From Candidatus Latescibacterota bacterium (lineage in GTDB: Bacteria; Latescibacterota; UBA2968), in assembly GCA_965198115.1 (NCBI GenBank), contig OZ240241.1:7904001-7968000 (forward strand): a stretch of DNA of 64,000 nt, given 5' to 3'. This document shows, piece after piece, positions 50,992 through 62,194 of the stretch (the stretch's first letter is position 1; every line of letters starts with the position of its first letter). The notes below the pieces were generated by a model. That model made no database searches, was not told the DNA's origin, and saw nothing but the letters and a program-made list of their open reading frames with translations. Both the position numbers and the translations under genes were made by a program.

Positions 50992-53213
50992 ATGAGAACA
51001 GAACTCACGCAGGAAGAGATCGCATCCTATCGCGAGAACGGGTTCGTGGTCATCCACGATTTCCTCACAGACAGCGAACTCAAGGAATGGCGCGAGTCTG
51101 TCGGAGAGGCGGTAGAGAATCGCGGTGAAGCGCGTCTGCCGGGTGAAGAGGGCAAGGCGTTCCAGGATCTGATTCAGCTGTTTTTAAGGCTATATCCGGA
51201 TCTCTCAACGAGCTGAAGTGGGTGAAGGTGCCGTGGTTCCTGGCATGGGGGCGCGGTTAGCGTGTGCGGAACCTCTTCGGAATCTGCTCAGGGATGTTTA
51301 TGTCTCCGACGGTAAGGAAGATCATATCGTTGAATGCGTCGAGTGTGCGGAATCCGCTGGCTCGGTTCTTGACGATTTGGACGATTCGGTTGAGGCCTTC
51401 GGCGATGGCGTTGGTAAGACGCGTGTTCACGAATGCGAGGACGCCGAAGAAGTGCTGTCGCAGGGTCCTGACGAACTTTCGCAGGGGTTCACGTCGACTT
51501 CTGAGTGCGGACGTCGTCCAGCATTTCAGGAAGCGTTCGGCAGCCCAGGGCGCTTTGTATTCCCAGAACTGCTCGAACTCGTCCTTGAGTCTCCAGGCTC
51601 TATAGATTCGGTAGTTCGCCTTCTCCAGTGCTTTGAGTGTCCGAGTATCCCCTCTGGAGCGTGTCGCTGAGTGCCGGTAGAGGAGCCATCGGAGGCCCTT
51701 CATGGCTTTGCGCTCATCCGGGGCAGCTTTACGCCACTGGTCCTTACGGACCTCGTCAACGGCGGCATTGAGAGCCTTGACGATGTGAAAGCGATCGAGG
51801 ACCAGCTTGGCATTCGGACAGTGTTCCTGGATGGCTCCGATGTAAGCTTCGCTCATGTCGCAGCAGGCCCACTCGATCTTGGATCTCCGGTAGGGACTGA
51901 GAGCCTCTGTGAAGAACCGATCGATCGTTTTACGCGCCCTGCCGCGGCCAACCCACACCACGCAGGAGCGGTCCAGATCGTAAACGAGCGTGGCGTACCT
52001 GTGACGCTTGGCGTAGGAGATCTCGTCGATCCCGATGGTTTTGAGCCCTCGGATACGATGACCTTCACGAAGCCGCGTGATGGATCGGTGAAGGAGATCC
52101 GACAGCGTCGAGGCAGAGATGCGCAGTAACTCGGACGCCGCCTTCTGCGTCATGGTCTGGCAGTAGCGCAGCATGGCATACTCGAAGCGATACGTCACCC
52201 GAGAGAACCGCTCCGCCCACGGAATCTCCTCGACCACACGACCGTGGGTAGGACACCGAATCTCCCGAGGATGGTAGAGAAGCCAGACCCTCCACCCGCA
52301 CACCGGAATGTCACGCCACCGACGCGGATGGGGCATTGTGCGGACGATTTTACCTCGACGGCCGCACTCCGGACAACAACAACCATTCTTATGTGGCTTT
52401 ACGGCGATGACGAAACAGCTTCTCCCCTCAAACCACCAGCTGACAACACGGAACCCCTTGAATCTCAGCAGTTTCGATAGTAATCTGCTCCCGGTCATAG
52501 GTCGCACCCCCTTCGCTTTGATTGTCCTACACACACAACCAAGCGTAGGGAACGATCTATGACCTTGTCATTCTATAGTTTCACCGTTGAGAAACCCGGA
52601 TAGAGCCGTTTTTAAACAGCGGATTCAACTCTGGATGGACAATGAGAAGGTCCGGAAGCTCATGCTGGACGAGCGAATCGGGAAGATGGCAGCGGATCTC
52701 GAGGGCATCGATGGGATCCGGGTCTGGCACGACCAGACGCTGATCAAGACGCCGTGGGGGAACCCGACTTCGTGGCACCAGGACAACCCGAAGTGGTCAT
52801 TCACGTCTGACCACGCGATTTCTATCTGGATCGCGCTGGACGATGCGACGACCCACAACGGTTGTCTGTATTTTCTTCCCGGGTCTCAGCACGATCGATA
52901 CGAGGATGTAGGGACGAGCCGGCCGATGGCGGACATCTTCAAGGAGAACCCGGTGTTGCAGGAGGTCGACCCGGTGCCCGCTCCCATGAGAGCCGGCGCT
53001 TGTTCCTTCCATAATGGTCTGACCGTGCACGGAGCCGGTGCAAACATGACACGAGGATATCGGCGGGCGATGACGTGCGCGTTCATGCCCGATGGCTCGA
53101 CCTACAACGGGACGAAGAACGTCTTCCCGCAGGTGTACGCTGACTCGCTGACCGTCGGCGACGTGATCGACAATGATGACCTGGTTCCTCTGCTTTACCG
53201 CAAAGCAAGCTGA
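50992..53213 (+). pseudogene. PhyH-family dioxygenase interrupted by ISL3
   Basis: N-terminal part LTQEEIASYRENGF; C-terminal part WHQD, GCLYFLPGS, FHNGLTVHG. An extra indel near 51130-51160 is also needed to rejoin the frames. Confidence 0.88.
51188..52607 (-). mobile_element. ISL3-family element with intact transposase (51257-52498) and 8-bp TSD GTTTTTAA
   Basis: 23-bp imperfect IRs GGCT(C/A)TATCCGG(G/A)T(T/C)TCTCAACG; CPEC zinc finger, IGIDE, DRFH, TNAIAEGLN. Confidence 0.95.
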
Positions 53214-53299
53214 TAGAGAAGGTCTGAAAGAGTCGGAGAAGCGGCGATAGAGGACAGAATGAAGGATGGAGTCCTGGCTGGCACGTGTCTGGAGCTTTT

Positions 53300-55822
53300 A
53301 TGACAACACCACGACTGAAAGTAGATCCGCTCCCCGAAGTGACATTCGGAGCGGTCATCACGGGTGTCGACTTGTCGAGCCTGGACGACGCGACGTGGGC
53401 CGACATCGAAAGCGCTTTCTACCAACACGGTCTTACGATCTTCCCGGAGCAACACTTCGACGCCGAAGCCTTACCCATTTTCGCAAAGCGCTTCGGCTCA
53501 CTCCGGGGTGGTGGGGCAAAGGGCGCCGATCGCGCACACAGCATCTCGAACAAGCACAAGGAGCGAAAGACCACACTCACTGAACGGGATCCGACGTGGC
53601 TCACCTCGAGCTATCCGACCAGGAGCCTGTCGGAGTACCCAGCCGGAGGAAGATTTCGTATTGTAGAAGTGCGATCAAGGTTCCGACTCTGAATTGGAGG
53701 TTTCCGTTGAGCACTTCTACTCGGTTTCGTGTCTACAATCCGGCTCAGTTGATGTTGCTGCCTCCGGATCTCCGGAGTTGGCTTCCCAAGGGTCATCCGA
53801 CCTACTTCATTCTGGATATCGTCGGACAACTTGATTTGTCCGCGATCTACGAGACCTACGATGGGTCTCAAGGTGGCCAGCCACCGTATGATCCCCGGAT
53901 GATGGTGAGCCCTACTGCTGTATGGTTACTGTGAAGGCATCAGGAGTTCCCGCAAGATCGAGCGTGCGACCTATGACTCGGTTGCTTTCCGTGTGCTCAG
54001 CCTGGATCAGCATCCTGATCACGACACGATATCGACCTTTCGTCAACGGCATCTGGATGCCCTCTCAGGTCTGTTCAGGCAAGTGCTGTGTCTCTGCGTG
54101 AAGGCAGGTCTGGTGAAGCTGGGACACGTGGCGTTGGATGGCACGAAAGTCAAAGCAAATGCCTCAAAACACAAAGCGATGAGCTACGGCCGGATGAAGA
54201 AGAAAGAAGCCGAGATCGAGGCCGAAGTGCGCAGACTCTTGACCGAGGCCGAAGCCACTGACGCGGCCGAAGACGAACTCTACGGAAAGGACAACCGCGG
54301 CGACGAGTTGCCCGAGGAGTTGCAGCACCGGGAGACTCGACTCAAAGTAATCCGCGACGCAATAGCCGAGATCGAAGCCGAAGCGGAGGCTGAGTTTCCT
54401 GAGAAGCAGGCAGCGTATGAAGAGAAGGTAAAGGCCCGGGAGCGCCGCGGCGGTCGTGGACGTAAGCCCAAGCCTCCATCGAAAGAGCCCGACTGAAAGG
54501 AACAACTGAACTTCACCGATCCCGACTCACGGATCATGGTCTCAGGGGGCCAATTCCTTCAAGCCTACAACTGCCAAGCTGCTGTGGATGACAAGGCCCA
54601 GATTGTCGTTGCTGCCGACGTCACCCAAGAAGCTGATGACAAGAACCAGATGACACCTATGGTCAACCAGATCAGAGCGAATATGGGCGGCACGACACCC
54701 AAGCACCTCACTGCCGACACCGGATACTTCAACCAAAGTCAGGTCGATCAGGTTCAATCAGATGGCGTCGACCTCTATGTGGCGACGACAAAACAGAAAC
54801 ATGGAACGCCCATCGCGACCTGCCCCAGGGGACGGATCCCCAAGGGCGCAACGACGAAAGACAAAATGGCGAGAAAGCTTCTCACACAGAAAGGTCGCTG
54901 CACCTACTGGAAAAGAAAACAGATCATCGAACCCGTGTTTGGACAGATCAAATCCGTTCGGAACTTCACCCGATTCTCATTCCGCCGAATCCACAAAGTC
55001 ATCAGAGAATGGAACCTGATCTGTCTCACACACAACCTTCTGAAACTCTATCGACTCTCATTGGCTACCTGATCCCGAAGAGGAACTCGGCTCAAGGAAA
55101 AAACGAAGGTAACCGGTCGCTGACAGACTCAGCTGGACTTAATCTCAACGAGCTTCCGGGTGTAACCCGACAGGCTCCTAGGTATTGGCACACCGATGGG
55201 ACCTTCACGTGGCACCCAAGGTCTGTATGCTTTCGGCCGCATCTGTCGCCTCCCAAGGTGGGCAGCCGCCGCCTACGACGCTCTGAACGATTCGACAAAG
55301 GACAGGATCGCTGATTTGAGCGCATTCCACTCGAACCTCGTCGGAACCACTCGCGTTCATACCAAGGAGAACGAAGCCTATCTCCACTCGCTCGTCGGTG
55401 CTGAGCCTGAGGATGGCTACTACGGGCTCAACATGCGTGCCGAATGCCCGCTGCGTCCCCTCGTCAAAGTCCATCCGGTAACCGGCCGGCGGTCACTCTG
55501 CTTGGGACGTCATTCGTTCGGCATTCCGGGAATGCCGCTGGAGGAGTCGGATGCATTGCTCCGCGACCTCGAGACATCCGCGTGTCGGCCCCCGCGGGTC
55601 TACGAGTACGAATGGCAGGTAGGCGACCTCGTCGTCTTCGACAATCGGCGACTGCTCCACCGGGCGTGTCTCTACGACGAGCAGAGCGAGACCAGAGAAC
55701 TGCTCAATTGCCGCATCGAAGGCGACGCACCATCAGACGCCGGCCTCGACACCGAAGAAGCACCCCGAAGTGCCGAGGTCCAGGCTGCAGAGCTCACCCG
55801 CTTACGCAACAGACCAGCATAA
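53300..55822 (+). pseudogene. TauD/TfdA dioxygenase interrupted by IS1182 and further decayed
   Basis: FGAVITGVDL, YPTR|YWHTDG, VKVHPVTGR, WQVGDLVVFDNRRLLHR. Confidence 0.88.
53623..55179 (+). mobile_element. IS1182-family element; transposase (53707-55072) has a frameshift and an in-frame stop
   Basis: IR GAGCCTGTCGG/CCGACAGGCTC; PPYDPRMM, PDHDTI, LDGTK, NFTDPDSRIM, EPVFGQIK; TGA at 54494. Confidence 0.9.
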
Positions 55823-55907
55823 ACGGACTCGTTTTCCGAACCTCATCGTAATACCGCACCCTGCTCGCCGTAGCTTCAGCGGAAGCAAGTCCTCTGTCTT
55901 CTGTCCT

Positions 55908-58900
55908 CTACCGCACTTCCCGCCTTAGGATATCCAGATTCTCCCGCACCGTTTGGTTGTCCGGCGCCAGGCGAAGCGCCGTCTCCCAAATCTCCCCGGC
56001 TTCGGAGTATCGTCCCGTCTGGTAATAGACACCCCCCAGGTTGATGTACGCTTTCGTAAACGCCCGATCCATCTGAATGGCTGTCTGAAAGGACTGAACG
56101 GCAAGCGGATACTCGCCCAGAAGCTGGTAGGCGCGTCCCAGGTTGAAATGTAGGCCCGTGTCCGCGGCGCCCCTCGAGATAGCCTCCTGAAATGTTTCGA
56201 TGGCGGTGTGCAACGCTTCTTGCTCTGTGTACACGGTACCCAGGGTATTCCACGCGTCTGTGTACTCGGGAAAAATCTCCACCGACTGACGGAGATGGAC
56301 GATAGCACGGTCGAACTCTCCGCCCAGTGCGTAATCCCTTCCCACACCGTATTGGGCCTTCGCGCTGCCCGGCGCGGTGTTCACCTGCGTTTGGTTGAAA
56401 ACTTCGGTGTTCGCCCACGAGCGATTGCGATCGACGGTGATCCAGCCATAGAAGACCAACACGAGTAAGAACAGAACTGCCGCGGGTCTGCGCTTGCAGA
56501 GGTAGAATTCCCACATCTCGTAGCCAAGGAGAAGACAGAAAAAGACCGAGGGAGCGTAAGCCAACCGCTCCGCCATGATCGTCCCGATTGGAAACAGAAA
56601 GTTGCTGGTTGCGGAGAAGAGAATGGTATATCCACCCACCGACAATGCCACGACGGGATGGTCCCTTCGCTGCATCCACGAGATCACAACGGCCGCGACG
56701 ACGATCGCCAGAAACAAGAGAAAGCGATGGTCCAGCCAGCTTGTCACGACCGGTATCTGGTTGAAGGAATAGTCGGACGACAGCGTAGTCGGCCAGAGCT
56801 GCAGGCGAAAGTAGTCGAACTGGACCGCACCCGCCGTCACAATCCGTTCCACGAGTGACGCATCCACGAGGGGGTTGTCAAGAGTTGGTGTGGAAAGCGT
56901 CCGGTCTCCGACCACCATCCCTCGAAGCGCGAGCCACAGCCCCATCACGATGACATACAGACCATAACGTCTGAACGGCCATGAGGACTTCTCGCCCACA
57001 CAGAGATCAGTCCACATCGACAGTAGAACGAAAAGGGCAGCCGACTCCTTGCACCACAGAGCCAGCAAGAAAAAGAGGCTCTATCCGGGTTTCTCAACGG
57101 TGAAACTATAGAATGACAAGGTCATAGATCGTTCCCTACGCTTGGTTGTGTGTGTAGGACAATCAAAGCGAAGGGGGTGCGACCTATGACCGGGAGCAGA
57201 TTACTATCGAAACTGCTGAGATTCAAGGGGTTCCGTGTTGTCAGCTGGTGGTTTGAGGGGAGAAGCTGTTTCGTCATCGCCGTAAAGCCACATAAGAATG
57301 GTTGTTGTTGTCCGGAGTGCGGCCGTCGAGGTAAAATCGTCCGCACAATGCCCCATCCGCGTCGGTGGCGTGACATTCCGGTGTGCGGGTGGAGGGTCTG
57401 GCTTCTCTACCATCCTCGGGAGATTCGGTGTCCTACCCACGGTCGTGTGGTCGAGGAGATTCCGTGGGCGGAGCGGTTCTCTCGGGTGACGTATCGCTTC
57501 GAGTATGCCATGCTGCGCTACTGCCAGACCATGACGCAGAAGGCGGCGTCCGAGTTACTGCGCATCTCTGCCTCGACGCTGTCGGATCTCCTTCACCGAT
57601 CCATCACGCGGCTTCGTGAAGGTCATCGTATCCGAGGGCTCAAAACCATCGGGATCGACGAGATCTCCTACGCCAAGCGTCACAGGTACGCCACGCTCGT
57701 TTACGATCTGGACCGCTCCTGCGTGGTGTGGGTTGGCCGCGGCAGGGCGCGTAAAACGATCGATCGGTTCTTCACAGAGGCTCTCAGTCCCTACCGGAGA
57801 TCCAAGATCGAGTGGGCCTGCTGCGACATGAGCGAAGCTTACATCGGAGCCATCCAGGAACACTGTCCGAATGCCAAGCTGGTCCTCGATCGCTTTCACA
57901 TCGTCAAGGCTCTCAATGCCGCCGTTGACGAGGTCCGTAAGGACCAGTGGCGTAAAGCTGCCCGGATGAGCGCAAAGCCATGAAGGGCCTCCGATGGCTC
58001 CTCTACCGGCACTCAGCGACACGCTCCAGAGGGGATACTCGGACACTCAAAGCACTGGAGAAGGCGAACTACCGAATCTATAGAGCCTGGAGACTCAAGG
58101 ACGAGTTCGAGCAGTTCTGGGAATACAAAGCGCCCTGGGCTGCCGAACGCTTCCTGAAATGCTGGACGACGTCCGCACTCAGAAGTCGACGTGAACCCCT
58201 GCGAAAGTTCGTCAGGACCCTGCGACAGCACTTCTTCGGCGTCCTCGCATTCGTGAACACGCGTCTTACCAACGCCATCGCCGAAGGCCTCAACCGAATC
58301 GTCCAAATCGTCAAGAACCGAGCCAGCGGATTCCGCACACTCGACGCATTCAACGATATGATCTTCCTTACCGTCGGAGACATAAACATCCCTGAGCAGA
58401 TTCCGAAGAGGTTCCGCACACTCTAACCGCGCCCCCCATGCCAGGAACCACGGCACCTTCACCCACTTCATCTCGTTGAGAGATCCGGATATAGCCGAAA
58501 AAGAGGGCTCCGATCCATCGTCGTCTGCCGTGCAGGACCAGAAAAGTCAGGCCGAAGCCGAGGGCCAGCAGTTCGGAGCGATTTGCGATCGCGTCTACCG
58601 CTTCGGTATGAATCGGATGCGTGACGAAGAGAAGCGCCGCTGCCAGTCCGGCACCCGCGGCGATACCCGACTGAGCCAGAAACCGGTAGAGCGCGCAGCT
58701 GGCGAGTGCGTGCAGAAGCAGGTTGGCGACACGATACCCAGCTGGATGCTCTCCAGGCAGGCTCAGGATCCGGTTGACCCGGTAGTTCAGCGCCAGGCTC
58801 CAGATTGTGAGCGGCCGATAGAGAGGATCTTCTTTCTTGATCTCTCCCCAGTACCGGCCACCGAAAGTCGCAACGAAATCCCACGGATGGCGGATCGCCG

Positions 58901-59018
58901 TCTGCTCTTCGATCAGCCGCTGATCGTCGAACACGAGTTCGTTCGTGAGTGTATTAGCGTAGAGAAGGCACGAGAGGCACGAGATCAGCAGATATGCCCG
59001 TGTCGATGGAATTCGCAC
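55908..59018 (-). pseudogene. TMTC-like membrane glycosyltransferase/TPR protein interrupted by ISL3
   Basis: VFDD, YRPL, HPIHTEAV, KE, LSSDYS, AERLAYAPS and C-terminal TPRs. Removing the IS restores IGALFF|LLALWCKE in frame. Confidence 0.88.
57077..58496 (+). mobile_element. ISL3-family element with 8-bp TSD GAAAAAGA; transposase frameshifted near 57962
   Basis: Near-identical to 51188-52607; CCC in place of CCCC shifts the frame. Confidence 0.95.
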
Positions 59019-59226
59019 GCCGGTTCCTCTTCCAAATTGGAGATGGGGAATGCGGGTGGAGGAATAAACACCGTCTTTCCTTCTAGAGGCAAGGAACCGA
59101 GTACCCGCGGAGGTTGGCGTATCGGAGGTTATCTTCATTTTCGACCGAGTCGGGGCTACGCTCCCTCAGATGGCCGTCGCGAAGGATGTTCGCTGTGTCT
59201 CCAAACCTGACAATTGGCTATCCTGA

Positions 59227-60096
59227 ATGGTCACAGAGACGACCACGGTCTTTGAAGTTGGGGACGAAATAATGCGCGTGCAAGATCCGCTCGACGACCA
59301 GGACCTCGAAGACCTTCGGACCCGTGGACACTGCCGGACACGAGTGTGTTCGGAAGAACACGCGACCAAGATGGTGGATATCATCTGGCACCGTCTGGAG
59401 AAACACGGCGTGTCGAAAGAGGACCGATCGACCTGGGTCAACGTTCAGGCCCCCAAGCTGAGTCACACCGTCCGGAAGCAGCGCATATTCCAGGAAGCTG
59501 CTTCCGAAGAATTCTTGGGTGCGATGGACCAGCTCCTTGGGAAGGGCGAGTGGGAGCGCCCAAAGGACTGGGGCATGGTTCTCTACACGTTTCCGGAGAT
59601 CAACGACAAACCCTGGGATGTCGTGTCCTCGTCCTGGCACTGGCATATGAACCCACTCCGGAACATCGATCGATTGTGCGACCTCTTCAGCTTCAACTTT
59701 CTCTCTTCCGTCGAACCCGGTGGCGGAGGGACTCTCATCGTGGAAGGCATCCATCACGTCGTGCGCAAGTATCTGTCCGAATTGACACCCGAGCAGCGGG
59801 AAGAGCGACCGGCCAAGCAGATCCGTGAAGGTTTCTACAGGTTCCATCCCTGGATCAAGGAACTCACGAACAGGAAGGACGAAGGCAGCCGCCTAGGATT
59901 TATGGAGACCGCCGATGTTCACGGCTTTCCCTGCCGGGTCGTCGAATTGACCGGGGGACCCGGAGAAGCCGTTATCATGGATGCAGGGATTCCTCACGCT
60001 CGGAGCAGAAACTGTCTGGAAGTACCGCGATTCATGCGTGCGCTCGGCATACGACGTCGCGGATACGCGAAGGGGCGATACGTGGCAGGACGTTGA
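59227..60096 (+). CDS. PhyH-like 2OG-Fe(II) dioxygenase-fold protein
   Basis: WHWH, GGGTLIVEGIH, ELTGGPGEA, PH, PRFM. Confidence 0.75.
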   Translation: MVTETTTVFEVGDEIMRVQDPLDDQDLEDLRTRGHCRTRVCSEEHATKMVDIIWHRLEKHGVSKEDRSTWVNVQAPKLSHTVRKQRIFQEAASEEFLGAMDQLLGKGEWERPKDWGMVLYTFPEINDKPWDVVSSSWHWHMNPLRNIDRLCDLFSFNFLSSVEPGGGGTLIVEGIHHVVRKYLSELTPEQREERPAKQIREGFYRFHPWIKELTNRKDEGSRLGFMETADVHGFPCRVVELTGGPGEAVIMDAGIPHARSRNCLEVPRFMRALGIRRRGYAKGRYVAGR

Positions 60097-60177
60097 GTAA
60101 CGTTCTTACAATGGACCTGCGCGAAATGACCTCCTTACTTTTGCCGTGGTTGATAGTCCCGACTGGAGGGTCTTGAC

Positions 60178-60588
60178 ATGTTCGTCACTCTTCTCCTCGT
60201 CACGCTCGTTGTCGCAACAGGAACATCCGGCATCGTCGCCCGGATGTTCAGAGAGCCGATCAGCTCCATTCTCGGGAGAATAGTCGCGATCGATATCGCA
60301 TTCGCGTGGACGAAATATCTGCGGTTCGCGATCTACGTCGTTGGCATTTCCGGCGGCGTTCGGATCCGCAGCCTTGAGCAGTACATACGACCGGCGAGTG
60401 ACGAATGGACGCCACCGACCCTGACGACGAATCGCTGGATTCTGGAAGTCTACCGAACCATCATCGAGTCACTTCAATCCATAGCGTGGATGCTGTTGGT
60501 ATTCTTCGTGGTCGCTCTGATCGCGTATGTGATCGTGCGAGCAGTCGAGCTGCGCCGAGGAGGTAAGACGGAAGGAAGTGATGCGTAA
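60178..60588 (+). CDS. hypothetical membrane protein
   Basis: GGAGG SD; three TM segments. Confidence 0.75.
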   Translation: MFVTLLLVTLVVATGTSGIVARMFREPISSILGRIVAIDIAFAWTKYLRFAIYVVGISGGVRIRSLEQYIRPASDEWTPPTLTTNRWILEVYRTIIESLQSIAWMLLVFFVVALIAYVIVRAVELRRGGKTEGSDA

Positions 60589-60667
60589 CACCGCGAACGC
60601 AGTGACTGCGTGTCGCCCGCCGGCTGCAGAGACGCGAAGGCTGGTCTTCGCCAGGAGACTGAGAAGA

Positions 60668-61656
60668 ATGAGCAACGAGACGAGTGACACAACACTGCAG
60701 AAACGAAGGCTCGGACGCACCGGACTGGAGGTTACGCGTCTCGGATTGGGGACCTTTCGACTCACGATCGACTTCGGCGTCTACCAGGACAAAGCGTTGC
60801 CGCTTATTGACCGAGCCGTATCGCTCGGCGTCAACTCATCGATACAGCGCCCCTCTATGGGTCAGGCGAGAGCGAAGAGCTGATCGGTCGAGTACTCGTG
60901 AAGCATTCCGATAAGCACGTGATTGTCAGCACCAAGATCGGCCACTTCGACCGAACCCTGGCGCGGACCGCGGGCGACGAGGCCTATAGAAACGAGGACT
61001 GTATCCGGCGAGTCATCGATCATTCCCGGTGGCTCCTGCAGAAGGACCACCTGGAGATGGTCTTCATCCACGAGCCGGAGTGGGAGCTCTGGGGATGGGA
61101 CGAAAAGACCCTCACCTGCCCCGCCCTCCACGTCCTGGAAAAACTCAGGGACGAGAAGGTCATTGGTGCCATCGGAATGGGCAGCAACGTGGTGGACTTC
61201 CCCGGTCGGCTGGCCGAAACAGGGCGTTTCGACGTTGTAGAGATCGCGAATGGGTACACCCTGCTGGGCCAGGGAATCCAGGAGCGAATCCTCCCCGCAG
61301 CGGAGAAACACGACCTCGGTATCGTCGCGGGGGGCCCGTTCCGAGCCGGCATGCTGGCCACGAAGAACTACGAAAGACTCGAGCAGCTGAAGAATTCGGA
61401 GAAGCCATCACGATGGTATACCAAGAAGGCGCACGACCGGCTCCTTCGACTCTACGACTTGAGTGACGAAACCGGCCTCCGCATGCACGAGATGAGCCTC
61501 CGCTATATCCTGAGCAACCCCGCCATCCACAGTGTCATCCCCGGTGCCCAGACCCCGGAGGAAGTCGACGCGAACTATCAGGCTGCTCTGAAGGGTCCAT
61601 TGCCGGGCGATGTGCTTTCGGCCATCGAAAAGATTCAGGAAGAAACGTCCGAGTGA
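60668..61656 (+). pseudogene. aldo/keto reductase with a 1-nt frameshift near 60837 (possibly a sequencing indel)
   Basis: RRLGRTGLEVTRLGLG; GVN/IDTAPLYG..SE; STK, IHEP, VIPGA. Confidence 0.85.
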
Positions 61657-61727
61657 CTATGTGGGGCGAGTAACAAGGCGATCTGACCCTCCACCAATTC
61701 AACGCCGAGCAAACTTTTCACTCAAAG

Positions 61728-61771
61728 TACGACATTTATCGTTGACAAGTACGAGATTCGTCGTATATATT
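61728..61771 (+). promoter_or_regulatory. sigma-70 promoter with tandem BlaI-type operator dyads
   Basis: TACGA-N6-TCGTT (61728) and TACGA-N6-TCGTA (61750) overlap TTGACA-N18-TATATT. Confidence 0.75.
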
Positions 61772-61801
61772 GCCCTCATCACTCGAAAACGAGGAGGCTC
61801 A

Positions 61802-62194
61802 ATGGGGCGGAACGACAGCGGAAAAGCCACCGATGCCGAGTTGGAAGTGCTCAACTTGCTCTGGCATCGCGGGCCGAGCACGGTCCGCGACGTCCACGAC
61901 GCGCTTACGGAACTCAGGCCGATCCAATACACCACCACCCTGAAAACGCTCCAGGTCATGGCGAACAAGGGCTACGTCAAGCGAGACGAGTCTCAGAGGG
62001 CTCACGTCTACGAAGCGGCGGTGGACCGCGGAGAGACGCAGCGAGCCCTTGTGGGCGACCTCGTGGACAGAGTCTTCAACGGTTCGGCCGCGGGTCTGAT
62101 CGCCGGGGCACTGTCAGCGAAGAAGGCATCCCAGGAAGAGCTCGCTGAGATTCGACGACTGTTGGATGAAGCAGAGGAGATCGGAAATGAGTGA
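61802..62194 (+). CDS. BlaI/MecI/CopY-family repressor
   Basis: TDAELEVLNLLW..GPSTVRDV, YTTTLK, KGYV, VFNGS. Confidence 0.93.
   Translation: MGRNDSGKATDAELEVLNLLWHRGPSTVRDVHDALTELRPIQYTTTLKTLQVMANKGYVKRDESQRAHVYEAAVDRGETQRALVGDLVDRVFNGSAAGLIAGALSAKKASQEELAEIRRLLDEAEEIGNE

Noticed and set aside
54494-54496. Selenocysteine or readthrough TGA
   Set aside because: It lies in a transposase that is also frameshifted; a nonsense mutation is the simpler explanation.
51188-58496. Composite transposon bounded by two ISL3 copies
   Set aside because: Each copy has its own distinct TSD and interrupts a different gene, so the insertions are independent.
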